Assembly: GCA_041690395.1 (NCBI GenBank)
Contig: JAWLHJ010000002.1
Span: 1-64,000, forward strand
DNA: 64,000 nt
Direction of reading: 5' to 3'
Origin: Longimicrobiales bacterium
Lineage (GTDB): Bacteria; Gemmatimonadota; Gemmatimonadetes; Longimicrobiales; Gaopeijiaceae
Below the pieces are notes generated by a model. It saw only the letters and a list, made by a program, of their open reading frames with translations. It was not told the origin of the DNA and made no database searches. Of this stretch, positions 36,281-47,655 are shown piece after piece (within the stretch, counting starts at the first letter, position 1; the number at the start of each line of letters is the position of its first letter). Position numbers and translations under genes: made by a program.

Positions 36281-39100
36281 GTGGCGGACCACAAGCGCGA
36301 TCCATTCGGAGCCCGGAAGACCATCGACCTGCCGGAAGGCAAGACCTCGTTCTACCGGCTGGGCCGGCTGGAGGAGGAAGGTATCGTCGACTCGCTCGAT
36401 CGGCTCCCGTTCTCGATCCGCGTCCTGCTCGAGAACGTGCTGCGGCACGCCGGCAGCCCGTACGTGACCGAAGACCACGTCCGCGCGGTCGCCGGGTGGA
36501 GCCCCACCAACGCGGGGGCGGACGTGCCGTTCATGCCGAGCCGCGTCGTGCTGCAGGACTTCACCGGCGTGCCCGCCGTGGTCGACCTCGCCGCCATGCG
36601 CGACGGGCTCAAGGCCATGGGCGGAGACCCGTCCCGCATCAACCCCGTGGTGCCGGCGGACCTCGTCATCGACCACTCCGTGCAGGTCGACTTTGCCGGC
36701 ACGGCCCAGGCGTTCGGCTTGAACGTGGCGAAGGAGTACGAGCGGAATCATGAGCGTTACGCCCTGCTCCGCTGGGCCCAGGAGGCCTTCGACAACTTCT
36801 CGGTCGTTCCGCCCGGAACCGGCATCGTCCACCAGGTGAACCTCGAGTATCTGGCTTCCGTGGTGCACCGCCGCGAGCATGACGGTGAGTTCCTGGCCTA
36901 CCCGGACACGCTGGTCGGCACCGACTCACACACGACGATGATCAACGGTCTGGGCGTCGTCGGCTGGGGCGTCGGTGGCATCGAGGCCGAGGCGGTCGTA
37001 CTCGGTCAGCCCTACTACATGCTCATGCCCGAGGTGGTCGGCATGAAGCTGACGGGCCAGCTCCCGGAAGGCGCGACCGCGACGGACCTGGTCCTGCGCG
37101 TCACCGAGATGCTCCGCGAGCACGGCGTCGTCGGTCGCTTCGTGGAGTTCTACGGGTCGGGGCTCAGCAAGATGTCCCTTCCGGACAAGGCCACGCTCGC
37201 CAACATGGCTCCGGAGTACGGCGCGACCATCGGGTTCTTCCCCGTCGACGACACGACCCTGGAGTACCTCACCGGGAGCGGCCGGAGCCCCGAGCTGGTC
37301 CAGCGTGTCGAGCGTGTGTCGCGCGAGCTCGGCCTCTTCCGCACCGACGACACGCCCGACCCGGAGTTCACCTCCACCCTCGAGCTGGACATGTCCACGG
37401 TGGAGCCGAGCCTGGCCGGGCCGAAGCGCCCCCAGGACCGGATCCGTCTGGTCGACATGCGCCCGCAGTTCAAGCGCGACCTTCCGGCGCTCGTCCCGGC
37501 CGGCTTCGACCTCCCGTCTTCCGAGGAAGCCGAAGCCGAGGGCGACTCGCGGAAGGGGGAGAGCTGGGCCGGGGAGGGCGGCAACGAGCCGGTCACCGTG
37601 GCCGGGCACGTCACCAGCGCACGCAACGGCCGCGCCGTCAGGATCAATCACAAGGGCCAGGACGTCGAGATCACCGACGGCACCGTGGTCATCGCCGCCA
37701 TCACCTCGTGCACCAACACGTCGAATCCGTCCGTGATGGTCGGTGCCGGGCTCGTGGCCCAGAAGGCCGTGGAGCGTGGACTCGAAGTCCCGGCCTGGGT
37801 GAAGACGAGCATGGCGCCGGGCTCGAAGGTCGTGACCGACTACCTCGAAGGCTCCGGGCTGCTCGACCCGCTCGAGAAGCTCAACTTCCAGGTGGTGGGA
37901 TACGGCTGCACGACGTGCATCGGTAACTCCGGTCCGCTCGACGAGGGCATCCACAAGGCGATCGAGGAGAACGGACTCGTCGTCGGCGCCGTCCTCTCCG
38001 GGAACCGGAACTTCGAGGCGCGCATCCACCCGCTGGTGCGGGCGAACTACCTGGCGTCTCCGATGCTGGTGGTCGCGTACGCGCTCGCGGGCCGGGTCGA
38101 CATCGACATGTACAACGAGCCGCTCGGACGCGACCGGGACGGCAAGCCCGTATTCCTGGCCGACATCTGGCCGACGCAGAAGGAGATCCGCGACACGGTC
38201 GCCGCGGCCCTCAAGCCGGAGATGTACAAGGAGCGCTACGGCGAGGTCTTCGAGGGCGACGAGCACTGGCGCGCCCTCCCGCTTCCCGAAGAGGGCAGCC
38301 TCTACGAGTGGGCGGACGACTCGACCTACGTGCGGCGACCCCCGTTCTTCGAGGGGATGGATCTCCAGCTTCCCGAGCCCACCGACATCCGCGGCGCTCG
38401 CGTCCTGGCCCTCCTCGGACAGTCCGTCACGACCGACCACATCTCGCCTGCGGGCGCGATCCCGAAGCGGGAGCCGGCGGGGCAGTACCTCCGCGACCAC
38501 GGTATCGAGGTGAAGGACTTCAACACCTTCGGCGCCCGGCGTGGGAACCACGAGGTCATGATGCGCGGCACCTTCGGGAACGTCCGCATCAAGAACCTCC
38601 TGCTCGACGGTCGTGAAGGCGGCTACACGCTGCACTTCCCGACGGACGAGGAGATGCCGATCTACGACGCGTCGATGCGCTACCAGGAAGCGGGCACCCC
38701 GCTGGTGATCCTGGCTGGCCAGGAGTACGGGACGGGCAGCTCACGCGACTGGGCGGCCAAGGGCACCATCCTGCTCGGCGTGACGGCGGTCATCGCCGAA
38801 AGCTACGAGCGCATCCACCGGAGCAACCTCGTGGGGATGGGCGTGCTGCCGCTCGAGTTCCCCAAGGGTGAGGGCGCCGAGTCGCTCGGGCTCACCGGCC
38901 GCGAGACCTTCGACATCGTGGGCATCGCAAGCGATCTGACGCCGGGGGGAACGGTCACGGTGACGGCCACGGCCGAGGACGGGAAGGTTACGACCTTCGA
39001 GGCCACGGTCCGGCTGGACTCCGATGTGGACCTCGAGTACTACCAGAACGGCGGCATCTTGCAGACGGTGCTCCGCAAGATGGCCAGCGGCGAGATGTAG
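36281..39100 (+). CDS. acnA: Aconitate hydratase A
   Basis: [65 protein letters not shown]. Confidence 0.98.
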   Translation: MADHKRDPFGARKTIDLPEGKTSFYRLGRLEEEGIVDSLDRLPFSIRVLLENVLRHAGSPYVTEDHVRAVAGWSPTNAGADVPFMPSRVVLQDFTGVPAVVDLAAMRDGLKAMGGDPSRINPVVPADLVIDHSVQVDFAGTAQAFGLNVAKEYERNHERYALLRWAQEAFDNFSVVPPGTGIVHQVNLEYLASVVHRREHDGEFLAYPDTLVGTDSHTTMINGLGVVGWGVGGIEAEAVVLGQPYYMLMPEVVGMKLTGQLPEGATATDLVLRVTEMLREHGVVGRFVEFYGSGLSKMSLPDKATLANMAPEYGATIGFFPVDDTTLEYLTGSGRSPELVQRVERVSRELGLFRTDDTPDPEFTSTLELDMSTVEPSLAGPKRPQDRIRLVDMRPQFKRDLPALVPAGFDLPSSEEAEAEGDSRKGESWAGEGGNEPVTVAGHVTSARNGRAVRINHKGQDVEITDGTVVIAAITSCTNTSNPSVMVGAGLVAQKAVERGLEVPAWVKTSMAPGSKVVTDYLEGSGLLDPLEKLNFQVVGYGCTTCIGNSGPLDEGIHKAIEENGLVVGAVLSGNRNFEARIHPLVRANYLASPMLVVAYALAGRVDIDMYNEPLGRDRDGKPVFLADIWPTQKEIRDTVAAALKPEMYKERYGEVFEGDEHWRALPLPEEGSLYEWADDSTYVRRPPFFEGMDLQLPEPTDIRGARVLALLGQSVTTDHISPAGAIPKREPAGQYLRDHGIEVKDFNTFGARRGNHEVMMRGTFGNVRIKNLLLDGREGGYTLHFPTDEEMPIYDASMRYQEAGTPLVILAGQEYGTGSSRDWAAKGTILLGVTAVIAESYERIHRSNLVGMGVLPLEFPKGEGAESLGLTGRETFDIVGIASDLTPGGTVTVTATAEDGKVTTFEATVRLDSDVDLEYYQNGGILQTVLRKMASGEM

Positions 39101-39103
39101 AGG

Positions 39104-39790
39104 TCAGTCGCCCTGGTCCTTCATGGACACGGGCGGCCCCAGCACTTCCCGCAGGATCACGGCCTGCTTGAGCGCGTCCGTGCCTTCGCTCCCCCGGAGC
39201 ATGGCGCGGACGCGCTTCGCGTTCCGGTTGCCCCGCACCGGCGGCCGCCAATCCTGTTCCGACGGCATGCGCTCCGACGGGTCCGTTCCATAGCCGAGAT
39301 GCGATCGGTGGACCGGATGCGCGTCGACGCTCGACGGCACGCGCGCTCCGGTGTACGTCCTCCGCACCGGACGGATGTCGTCTGCGATCCGCTCGACCTC
39401 GAGCGACTCCAACGACCGTGCCTCGTCGGTGTCCGGGCTCACGGGCTCGGGCCTGCGCCGAGACGCCTGTCCACTCGCCAGCCCCGCGATCTCCTCCCAG
39501 AGGTCCGCCGGGATCATGGTCTCGGAGCGTTCCTCACGGCCCGCGCCGCGCTCCGGCATCCCGCGGTCGGTCGACGACGAGGACCCGCGCTCGGTCGATG
39601 AAGGAGGCCCGCGCTCGATCCGGGGCCGGCGCTCAGCCTTCGGCTTCGGCTGCCGTTCGACCGGCGCCGGTACCCAGGTCTCGCCTTCGTCGCCACCGTC
39701 CTCTCCCGCCTCGCGCTGCTTCCGGCGCTTGGCGACGGCTTCCAGGATGGAGAAGAGGACGATGACGGCGAAGAAGATGAGCTCGCCCAC
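39104..39790 (-). CDS. Hypothetical membrane-anchored protein (YqfB-like, third gene of floA operon)
   Basis: N-terminal TM, low-complexity middle, C-terminal LKQAVILREVLGPP. Confidence 0.75.
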   Translation of the reverse strand: MGELIFFAVIVLFSILEAVAKRRKQREAGEDGGDEGETWVPAPVERQPKPKAERRPRIERGPPSSTERGSSSSTDRGMPERGAGREERSETMIPADLWEEIAGLASGQASRRRPEPVSPDTDEARSLESLEVERIADDIRPVRRTYTGARVPSSVDAHPVHRSHLGYGTDPSERMPSEQDWRPPVRGNRNAKRVRAMLRGSEGTDALKQAVILREVLGPPVSMKDQGD

Positions 39791-39796
39791 GGGCCG

Positions 39797-40795
39797 TTAC
39801 TCGAGCTCGGAGTCGGTCGAGCCGGCCTCACCCGGTCCGGCGATCGACTGACGCATGGCCGTGTCGGACTCGACGTTCTTGTAGCGGACGTAGTCCATGA
39901 CACCGAGGTTGCCGTTCCGGAACGCCTCGGCGATGGCCAACGGCACCTCTGCCTCGGCCCTCACCACGTCGGCGCGGCGCTCGACGACCAGGGCCCGCAT
40001 CTCCTGCTCCTGGGCAACCGCCATGGCCCGCCGCTCCTCGGCGCGCGCCTGGGCGACCCGCTTGTCGGCCTCCGCCTGATCGGTCTGGAGCTCGGCACCG
40101 ATGTTCTTGCCGACGTCGACGTCGGCGATGTCGATGGAGAGGATCTCGAACGCGGTCCCGGAATCGAGCCCCTTCGCGAGCACGCCCTTGGAGATCGCGT
40201 CGGGGTTCTCGAGCACGGCCTTGTGGGATTCGGCGGAGCCGATCGTGGACACGATCCCCTCACCCACACGGGCCAGGATCGTCTCCTCACCCGCGCCGCC
40301 GACCAGGCGGTTGATGTTCGCCCGCACCGTCACCCTGGCGAGGGCGATGAGCTGGATGCCGTCCTTGGCCATCGCCGCGACCTTCGGCGTGTTGATCACC
40401 TTCGGGTTCACCGACACCTGGACGGCTTCGAAGACGTCACGACCCGCGAGGTCGATGGCGGCCGCCTGGTTGAAGCGCAACTCGATGTTCGCCTTGTCCG
40501 CGCTGATGAGCGCGCCGACGACCCGGTCCACCCGTCCCCCGGCCAGGTAGTGCGCCTCGAGCATGTTGATGTCGAGGTCGAGGCCGGCCTTGGTCGCTGT
40601 GATGAGCGGACGTACGACGGCGGGCGGCGAGACCTTTCTGAGCCGCATCCCGATCAGCGATCCGATTCCGACCTTCACCCCGGCCGAGATCGCCTCGATC
40701 CAGAGCCGGAGCGGGATCGCCCACAGGATGAGGAGCAGGAGCAGGATCGCTCCGATGATCAGGAACGCGTTGAAAATCAGAATCTCTTCTTGCAT
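39797..40795 (-). CDS. floA: Flotillin-like protein FloA (YqfA)
   Basis: [65 protein letters not shown]. Confidence 0.96.
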   Translation of the reverse strand: MQEEILIFNAFLIIGAILLLLLILWAIPLRLWIEAISAGVKVGIGSLIGMRLRKVSPPAVVRPLITATKAGLDLDINMLEAHYLAGGRVDRVVGALISADKANIELRFNQAAAIDLAGRDVFEAVQVSVNPKVINTPKVAAMAKDGIQLIALARVTVRANINRLVGGAGEETILARVGEGIVSTIGSAESHKAVLENPDAISKGVLAKGLDSGTAFEILSIDIADVDVGKNIGAELQTDQAEADKRVAQARAEERRAMAVAQEQEMRALVVERRADVVRAEAEVPLAIAEAFRNGNLGVMDYVRYKNVESDTAMRQSIAGPGEAGSTDSELE

Positions 40796-40830
40796 CGATC
40801 TAGTGCCTCGGGGAGGAGATCAGGGGGAGA

Positions 40831-42183
40831 TCAGGATGGAAGTTCGTGGGGTTTCACCTCGCGCACCACGTGGCGATACCCTTCCGCGCTGATGATCTTG
40901 ATGGGCGTGCCCTGGGTGATCCACGGAGACTCGGACACCACGTCGATACGCTCCTCGTCGAACAGACCGGTCCCCGACGGGCGCAGGTCCGTGACCGCGG
41001 TGCCCACGCGTCCCACCAGCTCCGCCCTGGCGTGGGACGACTCGTAGCCGGTCGAGCGGTCGGTGGCCGACGTGAGGAAGATGCCGCTCTTGGTCAGGCG
41101 GGAGCTCCGGGGCAGCGTGCGGATCATGACCCAGGCGGAGACCACGATGAAGAGCGCCGTCGTGCTCAGCACGAGCCCGGCCCGCGTGAAGTCCGGCGTG
41201 GTCGGAAGCCCGCCGAGCATGCTCATGTAGAGCCCGGCCAGGATGCCCAGCGCGCCGAGGATGCCGAACAGCCCGAACCCGGGAATCAGGAAGACCTCGA
41301 CCCCCACGAGCGCCAGCCCGGCCCCGAAGATCAGCAGGTCCTCGAGGCCGGCCAGCCCCACGATCAGGTGGGAGCCGAAGAAGAGCGACAGGGACAGGAG
41401 TCCGGCCGCTCCGGCCATGCCGAAGGACGGCGTCTTGATCTCGGTGATCAGCCCGAGGAATCCCAGCGTCAAGAGGAACGGCGCGACGACGGGGTTCGAG
41501 AAGAACCGCACGATCTGCTCGGCCCAGTTCGCCCGGGCGCTGACCAGCGATCCGGCCGACGTCTCGAGCTCGGCGAGGAGGGCGTCCATGTCCTCGATCT
41601 CGATGGCGTAGCCGATCCGGACCGCGTCGTCCGTGGTCAGCGTCAGGAGCTTGCCTGCTTCGACGAGCCCCTCGACGGCGATGTCCTCGTCGACCATGGC
41701 GGCCGCGACGTCGGGATCGAGCCCCCGCTCCTCCGCGAGCGACCGCATCTCGCTCCTCATGGCCGAGACGATCTTCTCCGGGGCCTTCTGCCCCGAGCCG
41801 TCGACCGGGGTAGCAGCGCCGATGACCGATCCGGGACGCATGTAGATCCGGTCCGTGGCCAGCGCGATGAGCGCTCCGGCCGAGAAGGCGCGCCGGTTCA
41901 CGAGCGTGTACACCGGCACGTCCGCGTCACGGAGCGCGTCGGTTATGCGCTGCGCCGCGTCGACGCGGCCACCGGGCGTGTCCATGTCGAGGATGACGAA
42001 TGCCGCCCCCGAGGCTTCGGCCTCGGCCAGGCTGCGCTCGATGAACGGTGCGATCCCCAGCTCGATGACGCCCTCCACCGGAATCCGGACGACGGCGCCG
42101 GACTCCTGGGCGGTCACGGGGTTGGACAGCGCGACGCTCCACAGGAGGAGGCCGAGCGCGATCCGTGGCGTACGAACGATCAT
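40831..42183 (-). CDS. nfeD: NfeD family membrane-bound serine protease (long form, YqeZ-like)
   Basis: DTPGG, AFSAGALIA, IGAATP, GKLLTLT, TM domain, C-terminal TDLRPSG OB-fold. Confidence 0.92.
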   Translation of the reverse strand: MIVRTPRIALGLLLWSVALSNPVTAQESGAVVRIPVEGVIELGIAPFIERSLAEAEASGAAFVILDMDTPGGRVDAAQRITDALRDADVPVYTLVNRRAFSAGALIALATDRIYMRPGSVIGAATPVDGSGQKAPEKIVSAMRSEMRSLAEERGLDPDVAAAMVDEDIAVEGLVEAGKLLTLTTDDAVRIGYAIEIEDMDALLAELETSAGSLVSARANWAEQIVRFFSNPVVAPFLLTLGFLGLITEIKTPSFGMAGAAGLLSLSLFFGSHLIVGLAGLEDLLIFGAGLALVGVEVFLIPGFGLFGILGALGILAGLYMSMLGGLPTTPDFTRAGLVLSTTALFIVVSAWVMIRTLPRSSRLTKSGIFLTSATDRSTGYESSHARAELVGRVGTAVTDLRPSGTGLFDEERIDVVSESPWITQGTPIKIISAEGYRHVVREVKPHELPS

Positions 42184-42285
42184 GGATGCATCCATTGCTT
42201 CAAAGGTATGTCCGCATACCGCATACACCAGAGCGAGGGGTTCGGGACTACTCCTTCATACGGGCGCGGACCGCGAATCCTTCGC

Positions 42286-42315
42286 TTGACCCATCGCGGC
42301 ATTTCCGGGTAACCT
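42286..42315 (+). promoter_or_regulatory. Putative sigma70 promoter of the crotonase gene
   Basis: TTGACC-N18-TAACCT, 75 bp before the ATG at 42391. Confidence 0.55.
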
Positions 42316-42390
42316 TTCCTGCTCCCTCCGCCGAGACGGAGCAGCCAGATCGCGAAGAACCACGAAGATCCTGAATCAAGGGAATCCCAG

Positions 42391-43191
42391 ATGTCCGACA
42401 AGGTACTGGTCCACTACGAGGTTCGAGGCAAGGTCGCCCTCCTGACCCTCGACGATCCGCCCGCCAACACGTACACCCACGAGATGATGCGTCAGATCGA
42501 CGAGGCGGTCATCAAGGCGCGCTTCGACAAGGGCGTGGAGGTCATCGTGATGACCGGCGCTGGCGACAAGTTCTTCTGCGCGGGCGCGAACATCGGCATG
42601 CTCTCCGAGGCGGATCCGGACTGGAAGTACTGCTTCTGCCTGCACGCGAACGAGACGCTCAACCGTCTCGAGCAGACGCCGAAGCTCGTGATCGCGGCGC
42701 TCAACGGACACACCGTGGGCGGCGGCCTGGAGATCGCGATGGCGGCGGACCTCCGTATCGCGCGCAAGGATTCGGGCAAGGTGGGCCTCCCCGAGGTCGC
42801 GCTCGGCGTGCTCCCGGGCACCGGCGGTACGCAGCGCCTCGTCCGGCTCGTGGGCAAGCCCAACGCGATCCAGCTCATGGCCGAAGGGACGACCTTCGGC
42901 TTCGACAAGGCACACGAGCTCGGGCTCGTGAACGACATCCTCGACATCGAGGACCGGGACGCCTTCGTGGACGCCGTGATCGAGTACGCCACGCAGTTCA
43001 CGACCCCGAACAAGGCCACCAAGGCCGTCGGGCTCATCAAGCGTTCGGTCCAGACCGGCGCCGAGCTCCCGTTCGAGCTGGCCCTGGCGCTGGAGCGCGA
43101 GCTGCAGGCGCAGCTCTTCGCGAGCAGCGACGCCAAGGAAGGCCTCAACGCCTACGTCGAGAAGCGGAAGCCCGAGTTCGAGGGCAAGTAA
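42391..43191 (+). CDS. Enoyl-CoA hydratase/isomerase family protein, BoxC-like single domain
   Basis: FCAGANIGML, WKYCFCLHANETLN, GGGLEIA, LPEVALGVLPGTGGTQRL. Confidence 0.88.
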   Translation: MSDKVLVHYEVRGKVALLTLDDPPANTYTHEMMRQIDEAVIKARFDKGVEVIVMTGAGDKFFCAGANIGMLSEADPDWKYCFCLHANETLNRLEQTPKLVIAALNGHTVGGGLEIAMAADLRIARKDSGKVGLPEVALGVLPGTGGTQRLVRLVGKPNAIQLMAEGTTFGFDKAHELGLVNDILDIEDRDAFVDAVIEYATQFTTPNKATKAVGLIKRSVQTGAELPFELALALERELQAQLFASSDAKEGLNAYVEKRKPEFEGK

Positions 43192-43208
43192 GCGATCGAC
43201 GGTGACAC

Positions 43209-43250
43209 GGAGCGGGGTTCGGATCAGCGTCCGGGCCCCGCTCCTTTTTT
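43209..43250 (+). terminator. Intrinsic terminator
   Basis: GGAGCGGGGTTCGGA-TCAGCG-TCCGGGCCCCGCTCC-TTTTTT. Confidence 0.85.
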
Positions 43251-43272
43251 ACGCACGAAGGAGACTCGACGG

Positions 43273-44469
43273 ATGCGCGAAGCGTGGATCATCGACGGCG
43301 TGAGGACGCCCATCGGGCGGCACGGCGGCGGGCTGGCCCCGGTCCGGCCCGACGACCTGGCCGCCCTGACCATCGAAGCCCTCATGGACCGGACGGGGAT
43401 CGACCCCCACGGTCTGGACGACGTGATCTTCGGATGCACCAACCAGGCAGGCGAGGACAACCGGAACGTCGCCCGCATGGCGCTGCTCCGGGCCGACCTG
43501 CCCGTGACGGTTCCCGGCCAGACCGTGAACCGGCTGTGCGGCTCCGGGATGCAGGCCGTGGCGTCGGCGTTCCAGGCGATCGCGACGGGTGAGGGCGACG
43601 CCTTCATCGTCGGCGGAGTGGAGAGCATGAGCCGGGCTCCATGGGTCATGCTCAAGCCGGAGACGGGCTATCCGCGGGGGACGCCTGAGACGGCCGACAC
43701 CGTCCTCGGCTGGCGGTTCCCGAACCCGGCGCTCGCGCCGGAGTGGACCATCGGCCTCGGAGAGACCGCCGAGGTCATCGCCGAGGAGTTCGGGGTGAGC
43801 CGCGAAGCCCAGGACGCGTTCGGGGCCGACAGCCAGCGGAAGGCAGCCGCCGCGATCGAGGCGGGGCGGTTCGACGCCGAGATCGTGCCGGTGAGCGTGC
43901 CGGTGCGGAAGGGCGATCCGCTGGTGATCGATGCCGACGAGCATCCCCGCCCGGGAACGACCGCGGACGACCTCGCCCGGCTGCGACCGGTGTTCAAGAA
44001 GGGCGGCACGGTCACGGCGGGCAACTCGTCGGGCATCAACGACGGCGCGGCCGCCCTCCTGGTCGTCTCCGCCGAGCGGGGCCGCGAGCTCGGGCTCGAG
44101 CCGATGGCCCGCGTGGTCGCGAGCGCCGTGGCGGGCGTTGAGCCGCACCGGATGGGCATCGGACCGGTTCCGGCCACCAGGAAGGCGCTCAAGCGTGCCG
44201 GCTGGAAGACCTCGGACCTCGACCTGGTCGAGCTGAACGAAGCGTTCGCCGCCCAGGCCATCCCGTGCATGGACGAGCTCGAGCTCGACCCCGAGACCGT
44301 CAACGTGAACGGCGGCGCCATCGCGCTCGGGCACCCGGTGGGGTGCTCCGGCGCGCGCATCGTCGTCACGCTCGTCCACGAGATGAAGCGCCGCGGGGCC
44401 AAACGCGGGCTGGCGTCCATGTGCATCGGCGTCGGACAGGGCATCGCGACCCTCTGGGAGGGAGCATGA
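43273..44469 (+). CDS. Thiolase, 3-oxoadipyl-CoA (PcaF/PaaJ) type
   Basis: [55 protein letters not shown]. Confidence 0.92.
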   Translation: MREAWIIDGVRTPIGRHGGGLAPVRPDDLAALTIEALMDRTGIDPHGLDDVIFGCTNQAGEDNRNVARMALLRADLPVTVPGQTVNRLCGSGMQAVASAFQAIATGEGDAFIVGGVESMSRAPWVMLKPETGYPRGTPETADTVLGWRFPNPALAPEWTIGLGETAEVIAEEFGVSREAQDAFGADSQRKAAAAIEAGRFDAEIVPVSVPVRKGDPLVIDADEHPRPGTTADDLARLRPVFKKGGTVTAGNSSGINDGAAALLVVSAERGRELGLEPMARVVASAVAGVEPHRMGIGPVPATRKALKRAGWKTSDLDLVELNEAFAAQAIPCMDELELDPETVNVNGGAIALGHPVGCSGARIVVTLVHEMKRRGAKRGLASMCIGVGQGIATLWEGA

Positions 44470-45335
44470 GCACGATCGACGGGAGCAGCATCGCGAGGGT
44501 CGCCGTCCTCGGCGCCGGAACCATGGGGCACGGCATCGCGCAGGTGTGCGCCGCCGCCGGTTGTGACGTGCGCCTCTACGACGTGAACGAGGAAGCAGTC
44601 ACCGCCGGTCTCACGCGCATCCGGGGCAATCTCGACAAGGGGATCGAGCGCGGGAAGGTGACCGAGGCGGAGCGGGACGACACGCTCGCGCGGCTCACGA
44701 CCACGATCGACCTCACCGAGGCGGCGACCGGGGCCGACCTCATCATCGAGGCCGCGCCCGAGTCCATCGAGCCGAAGGAGCGGATCTTCCGCGAGGTGGC
44801 GGCCGCCGCGCCCGGCCACGCCATCCTGGCGAGCAACACGTCTTCGCTGTCCATCGACCGCATCGCCGAAGCGGTGGCAGGTCCGGAACGCTTCCTGGGG
44901 ATGCACTTTTTCAACCCGGTGCACATCATGGCCCTGGTCGAGGTCGTGTGGGGTCCGCGGACGTCCGACGAGGCCCGCGACACCGCGGTGGCCTTCGCCC
45001 GACGGCTCGGGAAGGAGCCGATCGTCGTGAAGGACGCGCCCGGCTTCGCCTCGTCCCGACTCGGGGTCGTGCTCGGCATGGAGGCCATCCGGATGGTCGA
45101 GCAGGGCGTGGCGAGCGCGGAGGACATCGACAAGGCGATGGAGCTCGGGTACCGGCACCCCATGGGCCCACTGAAGCTCACGGACCTCGTGGGCCTCGAC
45201 GTGCGCCTCGGGATCGCCGAGTATCTCCATGAGACCCTCGGCTCCGACGCGTTCAGCCCCCCCGCCCTCCTCCGCCGGATGGTCGAGGAAGGCAAGCTCG
45301 GCAAGAAGTCCGGTCAGGGCTTCTACAGCTGGTGA
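44466..45335 (+). CDS. 3-hydroxyacyl-CoA dehydrogenase
   Basis: [46 protein letters not shown] overlap. Confidence 0.93.
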   Translation: MSTIDGSSIARVAVLGAGTMGHGIAQVCAAAGCDVRLYDVNEEAVTAGLTRIRGNLDKGIERGKVTEAERDDTLARLTTTIDLTEAATGADLIIEAAPESIEPKERIFREVAAAAPGHAILASNTSSLSIDRIAEAVAGPERFLGMHFFNPVHIMALVEVVWGPRTSDEARDTAVAFARRLGKEPIVVKDAPGFASSRLGVVLGMEAIRMVEQGVASAEDIDKAMELGYRHPMGPLKLTDLVGLDVRLGIAEYLHETLGSDAFSPPALLRRMVEEGKLGKKSGQGFYSW

Positions 45336-46138
45336 CCCACACGCACGACGACGACATGACCGACGCACCCGTTCTGCTCGAGAAGCGCGACCATCACGTA
45401 GCGCTCATCACGCTCAACCGTCCCGAGAAGCTCAACGCCCTCAACGCGGACGTGCGGAGTCGGCTCAAGGCGATGTTCGCGGAGCTACGCGACGACGACG
45501 ACGTGCGCGCAGTGGTCATCCACGGCGCGGGCGACAAAGCCTTCGTGGCCGGCGCGGACATCACGGAGTTCGCGGCGCGAACCCCCGAGGAGCAGCGCGA
45601 GGTCTACAAGCAGCCGCGCATCTACGAGGCGGTGGCGGACTTCCCGAAGCCGGTGATCGCGGCCTTGCACGGCTTCTGCATCGGAGGAGGCTCGGAGCTC
45701 GCTCTCGCCTGCGACGTGCGCGTGGCCGACCGGACCACCCGAATCAGTCAGGCCGAGATCCGCATCGGGCTGATCCCCGGCGGCGGCGGCACGCAGCGGC
45801 TCGCGCGCCTGGTAGGCCGCGGGTGGGCCACCATCATCTCGCTTACCGGCGACTTCGTCGAGGCCGAGGAGGCACACCGCATCGGGCTCGTCGACGTTCT
45901 CGTCGACGAGGGGGAGCAGCTGGACCGCGCCCTCGAGCTAGCCGCCCGGATGACGCGGTGGAGCCCCGTCTCGCTCCGCCTCGGCAAAGAGGCGATCCGG
46001 ACGGCGTTCGAGCTGCCGCTGGCCGAAGGGCTCGAGCGTGAGAAGGAGCTCTTCCTGGACGCCTTCGCCTCGGAAGACGGGCGGGAGGGCGTGCGAGCGT
46101 TCGTCGAGAAGCGCAAGCCCCACTTCAAGGGCAGGTAG
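45332..46138 (+). CDS. Enoyl-CoA hydratase
   Basis: LNRPEKLNAL, AFVAGADI, GGGSELALACD, AEIRIGLIPGGGGTQRL. The start may be the ATG at 45356. Confidence 0.92.
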   Translation: MTHTHDDDMTDAPVLLEKRDHHVALITLNRPEKLNALNADVRSRLKAMFAELRDDDDVRAVVIHGAGDKAFVAGADITEFAARTPEEQREVYKQPRIYEAVADFPKPVIAALHGFCIGGGSELALACDVRVADRTTRISQAEIRIGLIPGGGGTQRLARLVGRGWATIISLTGDFVEAEEAHRIGLVDVLVDEGEQLDRALELAARMTRWSPVSLRLGKEAIRTAFELPLAEGLEREKELFLDAFASEDGREGVRAFVEKRKPHFKGR

Positions 46139-46146
46139 AGCGAATC

Positions 46147-46473
46147 GTGGCCGACGAACGGGAACGACTGGACGTCCTGCGGGAGCGGATCCGCGAGCTC
46201 GACCGCGAGCTGGTCGACCTGGTGGCCGAGCGCCGCGGCATCGTTCTGGAGGTCGGACGGCTGAAGGAGGTGCTCGGACTTCCGGTCCTCGACCCGCCCC
46301 AGGAGGCGCGGGTCGTGAGACGGGCCGCTCAGATGGCCCGGGAGTCGGGGACCGACGAAGAGCTGGTGCGCGACGTGATCTGGCGGATCATCGCGTCGGC
46401 CAGGGCCGAGCAGGAGGGGCGGACCGACTGGGGTCCGCCCTCTCCACCGCCGAAAGCGCCGCCCGAGGAATAG
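46147..46473 (+). CDS. Chorismate mutase (AroQ type II, monofunctional)
   Basis: LDVLRERIRELDRELVDLVAERR...VGRLK...LPVLDP.QE. Confidence 0.85.
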   Translation: MADERERLDVLRERIRELDRELVDLVAERRGIVLEVGRLKEVLGLPVLDPPQEARVVRRAAQMARESGTDEELVRDVIWRIIASARAEQEGRTDWGPPSPPPKAPPEE

Positions 46474-46491
46474 CTCGGGTCGGCGCGCGGC

Positions 46492-47469
46492 CTATTCGGC
46501 CGTGTCGCGCCGGTCGACGCTCGCCGCGAGGGACGTCACCACCTGCGGTGACAGACCGACCGGAACCCGGACGCCGTAGATCTCGCCCGGCGGGGTGATC
46601 TGCCGCGTGAGGTGCGGGTTCAGCTCACGTAGCACGCTCGGATGGATCTCGAGCACCTGCGCGATCCGTGAGAGTCGCGTGCCGCCCGGCACGAAGACCC
46701 GATCGAACAGATAGGGCTCGACCAGTGACGAGGCGAAGCCGAAGTGGTTCGCGTCTTCCGCCAGGATCGTCGCGGCGACGATCCGGGGCACATACTCGCG
46801 CGTCTCGGCGGGCAGATGATCGAGGACCTCCCAATAGAGATCCTCGTCCCCAGTACGGCCGTCCGCGTGCTCCCGGAGCACGGCATGGACCCGGCTCGGG
46901 CCCGCGTTGTACGCGGCCGCGGCAAGATACCAGGAGTCGAAGCGGCCGTAGAGCCACTGCAGATAGTCGAGGGCCGCGTCGGTGGCGCGCACGGGGTCGC
47001 GGCGCTCGTCCACGTAGTCGTCGACCCGGAGACCGTACTCGATGGCCGTGGGGCTCATGAACTGCCACATGCCGACGGCGGACACCTGGGAGACGGCCCA
47101 GGGCGAGAGCCCGGACTCCATCATGGCCAGGTAGACGAGCTCCTCCGGCATGCCGCGCTCACGCAGCTTCCCACGGATCATCTCGTCGTAGAGACCCGCG
47201 CTCTCGAGCACGCGGGCGAACTCCGGGCGGCCGCTGGTCTGGAAGCGGTGCAGCCACTTCTCGACCCGCTCGTTCACATGGAGGGGCAGATCCGCCCCGA
47301 CCGTGCGCACGGTATCCTCGACCGCCGACGCGTCACGCGACGGCTCACCCGCATCCGCGCGGACATCCGCGAGGAACGGCACCACGAACAGGGGTGCCAA
47401 CCACAAACCGTGAGCCAAGACCGATCTATCGACACGGACATGACGTCCGCGAAGCTTATGGGTAGACAT
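46492..47469 (-). CDS. Lytic transglycosylase (SLT, MltD-like)
   Basis: [51 protein letters not shown]. Confidence 0.92.
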   Translation of the reverse strand: MSTHKLRGRHVRVDRSVLAHGLWLAPLFVVPFLADVRADAGEPSRDASAVEDTVRTVGADLPLHVNERVEKWLHRFQTSGRPEFARVLESAGLYDEMIRGKLRERGMPEELVYLAMMESGLSPWAVSQVSAVGMWQFMSPTAIEYGLRVDDYVDERRDPVRATDAALDYLQWLYGRFDSWYLAAAAYNAGPSRVHAVLREHADGRTGDEDLYWEVLDHLPAETREYVPRIVAATILAEDANHFGFASSLVEPYLFDRVFVPGGTRLSRIAQVLEIHPSVLRELNPHLTRQITPPGEIYGVRVPVGLSPQVVTSLAASVDRRDTAE

Positions 47470-47506
47470 GGTCCACCTCCTTCTCTTGTCGCCCCGATCA
47501 TCGTAC

Positions 47507-47536
47507 CTACGCGGCCCAGGTCCAGGAAGTTGCGGA
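47507..47536 (-). promoter_or_regulatory. Putative ECF-sigma promoter
   Basis: Minus strand TCCGCAAC-N17-CGTAG upstream of the lytic transglycosylase. Confidence 0.45.
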
Positions 47537-47594
47537 CCGGCCCCGATGATGCTCGGAAGCGTCTTGAGACGCGTGAATTTCACACGCCTATGCG

Positions 47595-47637
47595 AAGAGG
47601 TCCGGTCGACGGCGACATCGCCATCGATCCGGACCTC
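47595..47637 (-). terminator. Putative terminator of rplU-rpmA
   Basis: Long hairpin GAGGTCCGGATCGATGGCGA-TG-TCGCCGTCGACCGGACCTC right after the rpmA stop; weak U tail. Confidence 0.55.
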
Positions 47638-47655
47638 CTGTCGCGCTTTTCGGAA

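Noticed and set aside
47571..47587. GCGTGAATTTCACACGC palindrome as a Rex or CRP box
   Set aside because: The spacing fits neither TTGTGAA-N4-TTCACAA nor TGTGA-N6-TCACA, and it is too short to support alone.
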